A stretch of 57,291 bases of DNA, taken from IMG/VR virus record IMGVR_UViG_3300008954_000065, positions 1 through 57,291 of that record, one strand, 5' to 3'. Both the position numbers and the translations under genes were made by a program. This document shows, in pieces, positions 45,326-55,589 of the stretch (within the stretch, counting starts at the first letter, position 1; the number at the start of each line of letters is the position of its first letter). The stretch is from a virus. Lineage: Duplodnaviria > Caudoviricetes. The notes under the pieces are model-generated. The model saw nothing but the letters and a program-made list of their open reading frames with translations. It did not search any database and was not told the DNA's origin.

Positions 45326-46021
45326 TTATGCCCCCGGTATGCGCCGATGTGGCACGAGCATCTGGGTCACTTGGGTGGAAAATGGAGAAGCAGGATACAT
45401 CTTATGCAATGTTGCCTCGCCCATTCCTGTTCTTTCATATGTAATGCTGTATGACATAAGCTTTTCGCTTTTGATGTTTCTATCTTTTCCGCGCATTCTG
45501 TACTCGGAAGCAACAGCAATAGTGCAAGCCCTTTGGATGTCAGCGGGCAGTGTCGGTGACGCAGAGGATGGCATATCGTAGCCAGCGTCATATGTAACTT
45601 TAATGGATGGCCACTCTTGGCCAGTAACGGGATCTCCAGCGATAGACCCAGGAGGGCATGGAACCGTCCATGGCCAGCCAGCGGGATAATAAAGTATCCC
45701 TGCATCCGGGTTTTGTATCTGAAGGTTTGTTAAATCGAAATCATAATAGACAGATGGAACAGATGACTGAAGCATCTCGACGCTTGTCACGGAAAGGACA
45801 GGCGTCCTGCTCACAACCAGTTTGTAAAGACCATGCCCAGGGACCATTTCTTCAAACGCAGTCACTCTTTCGAGCTTGCGCTGCAAAAATGTCTCGACCT
45901 GAGCGGACACGGTATTGATCAAGCTTTCAATGTACCTATCGTTAGATACATCTGTGCTCGCAACACCAAGCTCAAGCTTGACATCTTGTAATGTGGTCAG
46001 GGCGTTTGCACTCAAAGCCAT
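45326..46021 (-). CDS. Head-tail connector (gp6/gp15-like)
   Basis: LTTL.DVK.ELG..D..IE.LI..VS..E.F..R; V.Y.AGY; P.DI..A. Confidence 0.8.
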   Translation of the reverse strand: MALSANALTTLQDVKLELGVASTDVSNDRYIESLINTVSAQVETFLQRKLERVTAFEEMVPGHGLYKLVVSRTPVLSVTSVEMLQSSVPSVYYDFDLTNLQIQNPDAGILYYPAGWPWTVPCPPGSIAGDPVTGQEWPSIKVTYDAGYDMPSSASPTLPADIQRACTIAVASEYRMRGKDRNIKSEKLMSYSITYERTGMGEATLHKMYPASPFSTQVTQMLVPHRRIPGA

Positions 46022-46308
46022 CAGCTATCCTTTTTGAATATACGAGCGCGTTTCTTTTTCTTGGCCGCTTTCTTTTTGGGCCGCTTTTCTTCTGCTGCTG
46101 GGGAAGGTGGAGATGGCTCGGAGTCAACCGGCTCACTTGATGGTGCTTCCTTTGTCACGGGGGAGGCAGTGACCGCAGTAGTGACATATCGAGCAACGCC
46201 CGTTCTCACATATTTGTCTGCAATCGGACTGGTAAAACCAGCCTTGTCGCCCTCGTTGTAAGGTGAACAACATCGAATAAACTGAATTGATACTTTCGCC
46301 ATCTCCAA
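46021..46308 (-). CDS. Small head-associated protein
   Basis: PYNEGD.AGF...A..YV..GVA followed by Pro/Lys-rich tail. Confidence 0.6.
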   Translation of the reverse strand: MEMAKVSIQFIRCCSPYNEGDKAGFTSPIADKYVRTGVARYVTTAVTASPVTKEAPSSEPVDSEPSPPSPAAEEKRPKKKAAKKKKRARIFKKDS

Positions 46309-46318
46309 ACCCCTTTGC

Positions 46319-46813
46319 CTATACAGGCTTTCTTACGTTACCGGTGCTGATTGCTGCACAGTGATAATCCACCGTGTCAGCGCCGCCGCTAACCGTCCAC
46401 AAAGCTTGAACACGAACATGTCGTCTCAAACGATGAAGAGGAACAGTGAACGAGAAACTACCAGCCTGTGTTGCGTTATCGAGAGAGATAACGGGGTTGG
46501 CGGGCAAGCCGTCAGCTCCGTCAGCAGCTCCCATAAACACGTCAGCAGCTACGTCAGCGAAAGCACCGGGAGCCCCAGTGCCGTCATCGGCAGCATCCTG
46601 AAGCGTAATGGCCAGGGTTGCAGTTTCAGCTACAGCAATCGTTCCAGCGGCATCACATTGGATGATAGCTGAACCAAGTTGCTGGTCGCCAGCGGGAATG
46701 GTGTCAACAGAGGCACCATCTGCTTCGGGGTCGCCAGTGGCGAACCTTGCTTGTTGCAGCAGGTTCGATACGACATAAGCCCCTGCGTCATGAATATTTG
46801 ATACTCCAGACAT
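46319..46813 (-). CDS. Capsid decoration/cement-like protein
   Basis: Immediately after MCP; LQDA.D, RRHVRV pattern. Confidence 0.6.
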   Translation of the reverse strand: MSGVSNIHDAGAYVVSNLLQQARFATGDPEADGASVDTIPAGDQQLGSAIIQCDAAGTIAVAETATLAITLQDAADDGTGAPGAFADVAADVFMGAADGADGLPANPVISLDNATQAGSFSFTVPLHRLRRHVRVQALWTVSGGADTVDYHCAAISTGNVRKPV

Positions 46814-46842
46814 ATTTTTCTCCTTAAAGGCTTAAGCCCGTG

Positions 46843-48081
46843 TTAGATGCCCCAATCGACGTCAGTGATGACTGCGATTTCGTTTCCTCGTTGACGTGCG
46901 CCAAAATCGTGCCGTGCGATTGCTCGGATCACAGTTTGGTCAGTGCTGATACCGGATACAACTCCAGCACCATCATTGAACGCACCACCCTCGTAAACGC
47001 TGACTTGCAGGCTGCTGCTTTCAGCGATAACCAGGCTACCAAAACTAGCGAAGTAAACTTCAGTTTGGTTTCCAGGGCCACCAAGGTTGGTCGGGATTTG
47101 AGTGGTGGTTTCGTAGCGAAAACCGAGCAAGTTGCCGCGAAGCATCTCATCCCGATAAACGAACTGACCATTCACATCACGGATACGCATAAGACCAGAC
47201 TTCGTTCGAGGAGTCAGGATCCAACCCGCAGTGTCGAGAGGAATGTTGTTGTTTTCAAGTAACAGCATTGCGTTAAAAAGATCGTTAGTGATCTCATCAA
47301 GCGTTGCAGCTCCAGGGCCACCAGCAGCAGTACGTGCAAAGACGTTAGCAGCAGGAGCCCAGTTACGCATACCCTTTGGAGTATTGCCAGCACCCGTGTC
47401 ACGGATAAAAGCGATATCTTCGCGGAGAGACATGGTGCGAACCATGTCATTGCGTACCAATGAATCAACGCTGAAGGAAGAATCCGAAAGGAGGTCATTG
47501 GAAATCGGAACCAAGTTAACAAGCTTCTTGGCAGACAAGGTGAGCTGACCATATGAGGGCTGGCTCGGCGGAATGTTTTGAAGCTCTCCAATGTAGTTGG
47601 CAGTGCTGGCGGTATCTTGGAAAGGCATCGTCAATGAACCACGGTTCATAGGGATGCTTTGTGCTCCAAGGGAACGCACAACAGTCTTAGCGCGAAGAAG
47701 AGGGATCAACTCGTTCATGAACTCTTCAGGAACAAGGGCACCACCAGCGGCGAAGACACTTTCGTTTAAGCTCTTTGCCATGTAGTTGTCGCCCCAGCCT
47801 TTTGCGATTTTAGCCGCACGTTCTGGGTCGCCTTTACCGGCAGCCAAAAGACGAAGGTACCGAGCAGCCATCACACCTTTTTCATGGGTGCGAGTATGGA
47901 CAGCGGCGGACTCTTCTTTGCCGACGAAAGCATTTGCATACTTACGCTCGGATCGCTCTTTGTTATTTTTAGCGAGGGTTTCTACTTCCTCTTTGAGGGA
48001 CTTGAGCTGCGCGACAACATCAGTGTTGTCAACAGCCTCATCCACAATCGATTGCACATCATCTTTAGTCTCGATGCTCAT
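46843..48081 (-). CDS. Major capsid protein (HK97 fold)
   Basis: GGALVPEE..ELI..LR, KL..LVPISNDLL.DS, ED.AFI..G..N.PKG, LLG. Confidence 0.95.
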   Translation of the reverse strand: MSIETKDDVQSIVDEAVDNTDVVAQLKSLKEEVETLAKNNKERSERKYANAFVGKEESAAVHTRTHEKGVMAARYLRLLAAGKGDPERAAKIAKGWGDNYMAKSLNESVFAAGGALVPEEFMNELIPLLRAKTVVRSLGAQSIPMNRGSLTMPFQDTASTANYIGELQNIPPSQPSYGQLTLSAKKLVNLVPISNDLLSDSSFSVDSLVRNDMVRTMSLREDIAFIRDTGAGNTPKGMRNWAPAANVFARTAAGGPGAATLDEITNDLFNAMLLLENNNIPLDTAGWILTPRTKSGLMRIRDVNGQFVYRDEMLRGNLLGFRYETTTQIPTNLGGPGNQTEVYFASFGSLVIAESSSLQVSVYEGGAFNDGAGVVSGISTDQTVIRAIARHDFGARQRGNEIAVITDVDWGI

Positions 48082-49208
48082 CGGTCTACTCCTCTGCTGA
48101 TCTCACCGACTAGGCTCTTCAGCTCTTGGGTTAAAGACAAGACTCTTCGCTCAAATGTAGCCTGCGCTAATCTTCGCAAATCGTCATCGTTTGTTTCTAC
48201 CTCATCTTGCGAATCGGCTTCTTTTGCCTGACTTTCATCAAGCGTAAGTTCTTTTTCTTCAGTCTCTACTTTGGCTTCTTCTTCGCCAGCGGAAGACGCC
48301 ATTTCTTCAGCGTCTGCGGACTTTTCTTCTGCCTCTATCTCATGGGACTCTTCCACTACGTCTTCCTCGTGGGTGAAATGCTCATGTGCATCTTCCGTAA
48401 AAGACTTCACCTGTTCTTCAACCTTCTCCGAGAAACTCTCTTCAACCCTAAACATGTCGAGTTGAATGGATGAATCCTTATTCAAAATGAAAACCTTGGA
48501 TGAAGCGTTCTTCCTGACTTCCTCAAGCAAGTGCCGGGGGAGGATTAATGAACCCTCGCCGTCAAGGATCTTTTCTGCCCATGTCACCATCGGAGCCAAG
48601 TCAATCCCTGCGCTACGTGCCTGGACCAAGCCTTCAGGGTTGCTTGGCACGGGAACCGCAGACCACTCCAAAAGCTTCTGGGACTTAAAGTCAACGGGGG
48701 AGAAACCCTCCCGCTCTCTATTGATTTCGTATTCAACTGGCAAGAAACCTACTGACGCCCCATGAAGAAAACCATTTTTATAAAGACGTCCAACCATATT
48801 CCCAAAAGGATAAAGGTCTCTAGAGGGGAACTCCGCAACAGACATAAGGTGGACTGCGTCTTCTCCCACGTTCTTTGAAACGGTTTCAGCAAGATAAGTA
48901 GCGTTAGCTTTTGCCACGGGGGGAGCCGAGGAGTCATGCGCCCATAAGACGACGGGGTTCTTCTTGTATTCAGATAGATCCCAGCCGCTTTGCTCAATGG
49001 TGTCGCCATCACGGTCTATGTGGTCCGTGGAGATAGTAAAGAAAAGCTTAAGGCCAGACTCTTCCTGAACACCATCGTCCTCGCCATCCACAGACACTTC
49101 CATGAACTTTCTTACGCCATCATGGGATTCCATTTCATCAGCGTAATCCCCCTCGCTATACTTATCATCTGAACTAAATTTCTTGGATGAAATATCAAAC
49201 CATTTCAT
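48078..49208 (-). CDS. HK97-type prohead protease with acidic scaffold-like C-terminus
   Basis: ST..IDRDGD, NPVVLWAH, ASVGF, LLEWSAVPVPSNP. Confidence 0.92.
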   Translation of the reverse strand: MKWFDISSKKFSSDDKYSEGDYADEMESHDGVRKFMEVSVDGEDDGVQEESGLKLFFTISTDHIDRDGDTIEQSGWDLSEYKKNPVVLWAHDSSAPPVAKANATYLAETVSKNVGEDAVHLMSVAEFPSRDLYPFGNMVGRLYKNGFLHGASVGFLPVEYEINREREGFSPVDFKSQKLLEWSAVPVPSNPEGLVQARSAGIDLAPMVTWAEKILDGEGSLILPRHLLEEVRKNASSKVFILNKDSSIQLDMFRVEESFSEKVEEQVKSFTEDAHEHFTHEEDVVEESHEIEAEEKSADAEEMASSAGEEEAKVETEEKELTLDESQAKEADSQDEVETNDDDLRRLAQATFERRVLSLTQELKSLVGEISRGVDR

Positions 49209-50589
49209 TTTCTTCCTCCAGTGGGACATCGCCACCCTGCTCAACTTCTTCTTGAAGCAAATCGTCTTCCTCTTGCTCTTCGGGGTCGCTTGTTATGTCT
49301 TCGGTTATACTTCCATTAAGCGGCACCCAGTAAGCCTCGCCTTCATCACCAGAAAGGGGCGCATGGTCTGCCATCGCTCTTATTTCATTTATGCTAAATG
49401 CAAACGGAAAAGATTTCGCAACACTTAAGTTGTGCTCTTTGTCGTCGGGAACCGGATTGATATACTCAATGGTAAACCCATCGCCAAACATTGGCGCAAG
49501 ATACTTCTGCATCTCAGTGCGCCAGAACTCAAGCCTTGGAACAATCACCCAGCGCGTAAAAAGATAATCCGCACTCTCAATGGTGGCGCGGTTACTGTTT
49601 TCTAGGATGCCGAGGATTTCGGGAGGAACACCAAACGTGTTCACAATAATGTCCCGCTCGAACTCTCTGAACTGGACAAGTTGTTGGTCTGCAAATGTTT
49701 GACTGAGCTGTGTCACCTGAAGTTCGCCCGAATGCCAATGGGAACCGTATGCGCGTTTAAACCCACGGTTATTATTTTCCCAGGCTTGCTTCGCACCCTT
49801 TAGCTGGTCTTCGGATGCGCCCTTAACACCAACGAGAAGGTCGGGTGTTGCTCGATTATAAAACCAGGACTTGACATGTTTGGCTGCATACTCATCAGCA
49901 TCAAGCTCATCACCAAGGGCCTCGCCAATACCAGTCCCGCGACCGTATGGGTTAGACGGGTCTGCCATTTTCATCCAAAGCATGTCGTCATCTTCAACAA
50001 TCATATTTAAGCTTTGGTGCTGCACCACATAATATGGCTTATCGCCTCGCGGGATATCTTTGACCCAAGTCGGGGGAATCGACCAAAGTTCAAATGGTCT
50101 CCCGTTCTCATCGCGCTCAATAAGCAAAAACGCCTCACCAATAAGCTCAAGATGCGTTTGCGATAAAATGCGAAGCTGCCTGCCGGTCATGCAGGGGTTT
50201 CCATTTTCGATAAGATTGGAAAAAGGCGTATTTAGCGCCAGTGGGGTCGCATGACTAAGGTGGTCCTTCAGTATCTTCTGCCGAGTGCTAGGGTCTGAAG
50301 TTATGTTAAGCTGCCTTAAAACACTGGACTCTGATGTATCAACCACCACCCATTTAACAGATGCTGTGGCGTTTGATATTCGGTCAACGACACTTCGCAG
50401 CCAAGGCAAAGTCTTATAAGCATTTAAAAGCTCCGGCGTTCCGCGTCTTGGCGCATTGGTATTCTGAAGTGCCGATGATATCAGCCCATAGGCGGGGTTT
50501 GAGCTTGATGGAAGCATTTTGATCTCCGAATCTGCTTCAGATCCAGAGCCCCCAAACCAGTTTTTCCACATGTCAAGAAATCCTGCCAT
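49195..50589 (-). CDS. Portal protein (HK97 family)
   Basis: L.GEAF, FYN.A.P, I...FGVPP..LG, NRAT.E, INE.R. Confidence 0.93.
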   Translation of the reverse strand: MAGFLDMWKNWFGGSGSEADSEIKMLPSSSNPAYGLISSALQNTNAPRRGTPELLNAYKTLPWLRSVVDRISNATASVKWVVVDTSESSVLRQLNITSDPSTRQKILKDHLSHATPLALNTPFSNLIENGNPCMTGRQLRILSQTHLELIGEAFLLIERDENGRPFELWSIPPTWVKDIPRGDKPYYVVQHQSLNMIVEDDDMLWMKMADPSNPYGRGTGIGEALGDELDADEYAAKHVKSWFYNRATPDLLVGVKGASEDQLKGAKQAWENNNRGFKRAYGSHWHSGELQVTQLSQTFADQQLVQFREFERDIIVNTFGVPPEILGILENSNRATIESADYLFTRWVIVPRLEFWRTEMQKYLAPMFGDGFTIEYINPVPDDKEHNLSVAKSFPFAFSINEIRAMADHAPLSGDEGEAYWVPLNGSITEDITSDPEEQEEDDLLQEEVEQGGDVPLEEENEMV

Positions 50590-50642
50590 AAATTCAACCT
50601 ATCTGTGAAAAATCCCAAATACAAGTAAACAATTATACTATG

Positions 50643-52043
50643 CTAAACAAAGAAGAAGTCGAGCCTTCTCTGCATAGACATGGCCATTACTACTGCGTCA
50701 GCCTCGTCAGGAGACTTAACGCCCCGTTTTTTCATATCTTCTTTCGACTCTATCTGGATTAAGCCCCTCGAATTAATCTTCCATTTAATGGATGAAAGCT
50801 GGGCTATTAGTTTCTGGTTATTTGGTATAAAAATTGGGTTATCGGAATCTGGATCTAAAAGTTCCCTGAGCGTGAAATACCATTCTGCGCGTCGGTTAAG
50901 GTACCTTTCGTTGTTTTCAGCCCTCATGCCGCCCCTCATTTCCACGGTTATGGAGCCGAGCTGCTCGTTTAGGCGGTCAAAAACACCTGCACCGAGGCCG
51001 TCTGCGTCAACCCTGATTTCCGTTATCCGCTCAAACCCGCCTCTTTCCTCAAAAGATTTAAGCACATGTCCAACAGTCTCCATTGTGTCGCATTTGGGAA
51101 CAGTGATCATTTCTTTAACACCATTCTCGTCCGCAAAGGCAAAAACGGTGGTGTCGGCACCGAATCGGGCCACATCGACCGACATAACCATGGGGCCAAT
51201 GCTTTTTTTCGACTGTTTCTGGAACCTTGATGCGGCTTCTTCTGCCCAGGAAAGCGGTATGACCGTGGCGTCTGAGGTATCTGGAAAGTTTCCAAGGACA
51301 CGGGACTGCCACATTGGGGTGTTTTCCATCCATTCCTTTTTTCGGTCCTCCACCCACTCTCTTGTGCAAAGACCCGGTATCACGGTCTTGCCCTGCTTCA
51401 CGTTGGGTACGTCATATGCACTGATATGGAATGTTTTTGCCGAGTTTTCCTTGTTAAACATGTCGTAAAACGGCCCGGATGTTTCGGTGGGGTTGCCGAT
51501 GCAGAGCAACCGGTCATTTTCGCCAACAATCACACCCTGAACCGCATCCCATATGTCTGGCGCAACACCTGGGGCTTCATCGAACACTGCCAGGACGCCT
51601 CCTGGGGAATGCCAGCCCTGAAAGCTGGTGGGGTCATCGGTGGAGAACCCAATACAGAGCCAATCGTCATCAATGGTCAGCTTGGGCGCTTTCGGCAGCA
51701 TTTCGCCACCTATTTTCATGCCCATCGCCTCAAACCTGGACTTTGCATTCTTAAATGACTTGCGTATCTCTTTCCAGAGAAGTTCATTGACCTGTCTGCC
51801 GGTTGGTGCGGTAGTAACCACCGTGGAATAGGGTCTAGTTAGCACCCACCACAGTGCGATTTGCGCAGCCATAAAGGTTTTACCGCTACCGTGGCAGCTC
51901 CGAATGCCCACAACCCGGTTATCCACCAGCGCATTGGCTATATCTCTCTGTTTGCCCCAAAGCTCTACCCCAAAAAAGTGCTGTATGAACCGCACTGGGT
52001 CTTTTTGGGCGTTAAGCACGTCTTCTTTTGTAATGTCACTCAT
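50643..52043 (-). CDS. terL: Terminase large subunit
   Basis: SCHGSGKT Walker A, VFDEA Walker B, IGNP, DVARFG.D and SPD.AD nuclease motifs. Confidence 0.95.
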   Translation of the reverse strand: MSDITKEDVLNAQKDPVRFIQHFFGVELWGKQRDIANALVDNRVVGIRSCHGSGKTFMAAQIALWWVLTRPYSTVVTTAPTGRQVNELLWKEIRKSFKNAKSRFEAMGMKIGGEMLPKAPKLTIDDDWLCIGFSTDDPTSFQGWHSPGGVLAVFDEAPGVAPDIWDAVQGVIVGENDRLLCIGNPTETSGPFYDMFNKENSAKTFHISAYDVPNVKQGKTVIPGLCTREWVEDRKKEWMENTPMWQSRVLGNFPDTSDATVIPLSWAEEAASRFQKQSKKSIGPMVMSVDVARFGADTTVFAFADENGVKEMITVPKCDTMETVGHVLKSFEERGGFERITEIRVDADGLGAGVFDRLNEQLGSITVEMRGGMRAENNERYLNRRAEWYFTLRELLDPDSDNPIFIPNNQKLIAQLSSIKWKINSRGLIQIESKEDMKKRGVKSPDEADAVVMAMSMQRRLDFFFV

Positions 52044-53599
52044 TCATTCCCCTTTGCTTTTCTGATTCTGGCTCTTGCAATCTTGGCGTATTCTGTTGAT
52101 TTCTCCATCCCAATGCTGCGTATGCCTTCCCTTTGAGCTGCAATGCAAGTGGTTCCAGAGCCCAAAAAGGTATCCAGTACAACCCCATTCTTTGGGGTTA
52201 CCAGGCGCACCAGCCATCGCATCAGATTGATGGGCTTTACGGTTGGGTGGTAGTTTTTAACGTGTTCAGCCGTTCTGCCTGCACCAGCTCGCGGGTTTTT
52301 CAATCCCTTGCTGTCCTTTTTTCTGCCGGTTGCCTCATGCCCGGTGGTGCCTTTTAGGTCTTCGCAGCCTTCTTCCTTTTCGCTGCGGGCTGGCTTTGGA
52401 CAGTGGTAGATATTTGCCGGCCATCGGTCCTGAGATTCACCCGTGCGCGGCCCAGGCCATGCGGGGTCTGATTCGACTATCCTGCAACCGTCAATATTCA
52501 ATCCGCCCGTCCCCCACTTGGTGACATTTTGTGCGACCGTGCCTTCAAGCGGTTTGCGGGCAAGCATGGCAGGCTCTTGTGATGGCTTAAGCGCTGTGCC
52601 CCAGCCGACCCATTCTTCGGCCTCCTTGGTTTTTGGCTCATACGGGCCAACCGGGTTTGATGTTAGCTTGTTTTCCATGTCCGTATCACACGCCTGATAG
52701 GAAGATGCGGTAGGTATGGCGCGTCCCCGGTTCGGATGACCTTCCCCTTTGTCAATAGACAGGCTGATATTTTTCGATTTCGGGAACCCCTGCCACTGTA
52801 TCCAGGCTATTTGATCCCGTATTTCAAATCCTGCATCTTCCAGCGCAATGGCCAGCCGATGCACGGTGCGCGTTGCGGCAAATGCGATGATATGCCCACC
52901 CGGCTTCAGGATACGCAGGCATTCTGCTGCCCAAGCATCTCCCGGCACATCCTGGTCCCACTCTTTTCCCATAAACCCGATTCCATATGGTGGGTCGGTC
53001 ACAATGGCATCCACAGAGCTGTCTTCCATTTCTCCCATCAGGGCAACACAATCCCCGCATATAAGCGTGGCATCCCCAATCAACTCCATATGGTTTTCCT
53101 CTATCTCTTCGTCTTCTTCTGTGGGCTCATAATATTCCCCATCAAGCTCATCAGGGGCAGCTGCAACTTTTTCCTTTTCATAGGTATCAATATGGGACAC
53201 ATTGTCACTTCCAAAATCATCGAATCGCAGCTCATCGAAATCTGGGTATTCGCCAGCTTGCAATTCGTCCATCAGGTCATGGAGTTCATCTGTAAAAGTG
53301 CCCATCAAATGGGGGGAGTTTAATGCAATGTTGAGTGCTTTTTCATCATGGTCATTCAGGTCCACATAGGCGACATTTGCCTTTGTGACACCCGCTGCCC
53401 GCATGGCTTTTACACGCTGATGACCACCAACAATCTTATTATTGCGCTCATTGACAACAATTTCCTGCACCAAACCGAATTTCTCGATAGAACTTTTCAA
53501 CGCAGAAAGCGCATCATTGCTAATGTTTCTTGGGTTATATTCGCTATTTAGCAGCTTATCGATACCCACGGTGGAGCGTCTTACTTTGGGGAGTGCCAT
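52040..53599 (-). CDS. ParB/Srx-like N-terminal domain fused to beta-class N6A/N4C DNA methyltransferase
   Basis: YNPR..SIEKFG..I.VN..IVGGHQR; TDPPY; HPTVKP; LDTFLGSGTT. Confidence 0.9.
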   Translation of the reverse strand: MALPKVRRSTVGIDKLLNSEYNPRNISNDALSALKSSIEKFGLVQEIVVNERNNKIVGGHQRVKAMRAAGVTKANVAYVDLNDHDEKALNIALNSPHLMGTFTDELHDLMDELQAGEYPDFDELRFDDFGSDNVSHIDTYEKEKVAAAPDELDGEYYEPTEEDEEIEENHMELIGDATLICGDCVALMGEMEDSSVDAIVTDPPYGIGFMGKEWDQDVPGDAWAAECLRILKPGGHIIAFAATRTVHRLAIALEDAGFEIRDQIAWIQWQGFPKSKNISLSIDKGEGHPNRGRAIPTASSYQACDTDMENKLTSNPVGPYEPKTKEAEEWVGWGTALKPSQEPAMLARKPLEGTVAQNVTKWGTGGLNIDGCRIVESDPAWPGPRTGESQDRWPANIYHCPKPARSEKEEGCEDLKGTTGHEATGRKKDSKGLKNPRAGAGRTAEHVKNYHPTVKPINLMRWLVRLVTPKNGVVLDTFLGSGTTCIAAQREGIRSIGMEKSTEYAKIARARIRKAKGNE

Positions 53600-53667
53600 A
53601 TTTTCTCCAGTTTTCGACTATTTGTGACTTACTATATAAAATAAACACCGACGACAGTGACTATCAG

Positions 53668-53910
53668 ATGACAAAAAAGAAACCAGCATCCGAATGGATT
53701 ATAAAAAGGAACAGGGAATTAATATATGAACTCTATACAAAAAAAGTCGGTGTTATGTCTATTGCCGTTCGCCTTGGCGTTCCGGCCTATCTTGTCAGGT
53801 ATGTTTTAGATGGGCAACCTGACCCTATTACTGGCGAACCTATCGATTATGACAGTAGTATGTATATGCCTGAAAACTATTCCGTTGGATCTAAGAAAAG
53901 AGATGATTAA
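53668..53910 (+). CDS. Small HTH-like protein
   Basis: RNRELIYELY...IAVRLGV...V..VL. Confidence 0.55.
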   Translation: MTKKKPASEWIIKRNRELIYELYTKKVGVMSIAVRLGVPAYLVRYVLDGQPDPITGEPIDYDSSMYMPENYSVGSKKRDD

Positions 53911-54192
53911 ATGACACCTTGGATATCATTACTGCTCAGTGCCGGGACAAGCTTACTTTTGTTTGGCGCAGCCTACGGGACGCTTTTGGCCCGCTCGAAA
54001 CAGAACTCTACCCTAATCAAGGAGGCAGCAGAAAGCATGAAAGAGCATGTTCAAGAAATCAAGCAAACAAAGGCATCAAATGAGCGCATGGATGCTTTTG
54101 CTGACCGGATAGACCGGCTAGAGGAAGGGATGAACCAAAAGTTTGAAGAACTGAAAGAATCGATCAAGGAGCTGTCAAGGCGCAGTCTTTGA
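53911..54192 (+). CDS. Membrane-anchored coiled-coil protein
   Basis: N-terminal TM helix followed by heptad-rich helix. Confidence 0.6.
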   Translation: MTPWISLLLSAGTSLLLFGAAYGTLLARSKQNSTLIKEAAESMKEHVQEIKQTKASNERMDAFADRIDRLEEGMNQKFEELKESIKELSRRSL

Positions 54193-54209
54193 GAAAGGTA
54201 TAAAGGGGC

Positions 54210-54740
54210 ATGACAGAGAACTTAGGTAAGTATGGGCGTTTGCAACGTCGCATTGAGATAACCGAACCACAAATCGAAGAGCTGGTCCGCGCATTGCGGG
54301 CTGGCAATCGGATGCAGACTGCTTGCGAGCTTGCTGGTGTCCAGCATAGGACTGTTGCTGGATTGCAGCGAGAGGCATCAAAAGCAGCAGTTGAGCATGA
54401 AAATGGCCGTTTGACGCGCCATGAAGAAGAAATCTTAGATATTGACCGGCGTTTGCGCAGGGCCATGGCTGAAGCTGAGGGTCGTGCGGTCAACACTATT
54501 GCCCGTGCTGTTGCGGAAAACGACTGGCGGGCTGGCGCTTGGTTCCTTCAATACGCTCGCGGCTGGACAAAGATGGACGTTCAGGTCAGTACGGACGCAA
54601 CGCAGGTTGGCGGATCTTGGGCGGCCACCTTGAAGCAGGCGTTATTGGGTGAAGGCAGCGGAGAAAAGGTGCCAGAAAAATCTGATGACGAAACTTCTGA
54701 AATCATAGAAGCGGAAGTCTTGACAAAGGTTGAATCATGA
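54210..54740 (+). CDS. Putative terminase small subunit-like HTH protein
   Basis: L.AGN...ACELAGV HTH; A.AEAE..DWRAGAWFL motif typical of TerS-like proteins. Confidence 0.6.
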   Translation: MTENLGKYGRLQRRIEITEPQIEELVRALRAGNRMQTACELAGVQHRTVAGLQREASKAAVEHENGRLTRHEEEILDIDRRLRRAMAEAEGRAVNTIARAVAENDWRAGAWFLQYARGWTKMDVQVSTDATQVGGSWAATLKQALLGEGSGEKVPEKSDDETSEIIEAEVLTKVES

Positions 54741-55006
54741 CCACATTTGGGTTTTGCGAGTTTTGCAACGCCCAATGCTTCGGGAGCAAAAAAGGCACCT
54801 ACGTTTGCGTTTCTTGCTATAAGCCTGAAAACCCCACATTTGGCTGGATGGTCAGCGAATACATGCGGCGCGGCCTATGCTCCTTGCAGTTTTATAAGGC
54901 CAGCCGTGAGACCAAGACACGTCTTGAGACATTCCTGCGTAAAGCGTTAGACATCAAGCGTGTGCGGGAAGTCAAGCCTAAGCGCGGCGACACTGGGGAC
55001 AGATAA
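54737..55006 (+). CDS. Zinc-finger hypothetical protein
   Basis: CEFC...CVSC; ATGA coupling. Confidence 0.6.
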   Translation: MTTFGFCEFCNAQCFGSKKGTYVCVSCYKPENPTFGWMVSEYMRRGLCSLQFYKASRETKTRLETFLRKALDIKRVREVKPKRGDTGDR

Positions 55007-55067
55007 TTCTTTATTTCCGGCTTTTGCGGTCTTATGATTTAATTCAACATATACTCAGGGGAGCCCT

Positions 55068-55406
55068 ATGCTTTTTTTAACCGACAACTTTTCATTTAGC
55101 TGGCTTGAGAACAAGACAGATTCCACCATTACAACCAAGGTCATCGAAGCGCCAGAGGCCCAGCGCATCATGAACGGCAACGATTGGCACGTTTCTTTCG
55201 TTTCTGGTCAGATGAAGATGGCTATTTCCACGGAGCTTGGATTCAGATTCGAGGAAGACGTAACAATCAACCTGCGTTCGGGGGACAAGCTTATTATTTC
55301 ATCCTTTAGCGAGTTTGACACATATAAGGATCATGCGATTTCCATGTTTTCTGAGAATTTTCCAGATGAGATGAAAAGCAGCTTTCTTTTATTAGAGGTT
55401 TCATGA
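55068..55406 (+). CDS. Hypothetical protein
   Basis: GGGGAG RBS, 112 aa. Confidence 0.7.
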   Translation: MLFLTDNFSFSWLENKTDSTITTKVIEAPEAQRIMNGNDWHVSFVSGQMKMAISTELGFRFEEDVTINLRSGDKLIISSFSEFDTYKDHAISMFSENFPDEMKSSFLLLEVS

Positions 55407-55472
55407 TAGTCTCCATTTAGGATAAAGGTTTTCCGTTCCTTTGTTCCCTTTCTTTTCCTCGCCAGTGGCTCG

Positions 55473-55492
55473 CCCCGTTGGCGGGGTTTTTT
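55473..55492 (+). terminator. Rho-independent terminator
   Basis: CCCCG-TTGG-CGGGG followed by T6, between convergent genes. Confidence 0.7.
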
Positions 55493-55589
55493 ATTGCGGG
55501 TATCTTGTTTCCGGTTTACGGTGTTTGTTCGCGCCCCTGGTCCGCATTAACTTAGGAGTGGGTCTTAAATTACTGGCGGGCCATGGGCA

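Noticed and set aside
18300-53500. Numerous + strand ORFs antisense to the late operon (e.g. 40479..41333, 50680..51468)
   Set aside because: Shadow ORFs from codon bias of well-supported minus-strand genes
52040-53599. ParB domain as evidence of a plasmid-prophage partition system
   Set aside because: No ParA and no ParB HTH; ParB/Srx-MTase fusions near terminase are common in phages
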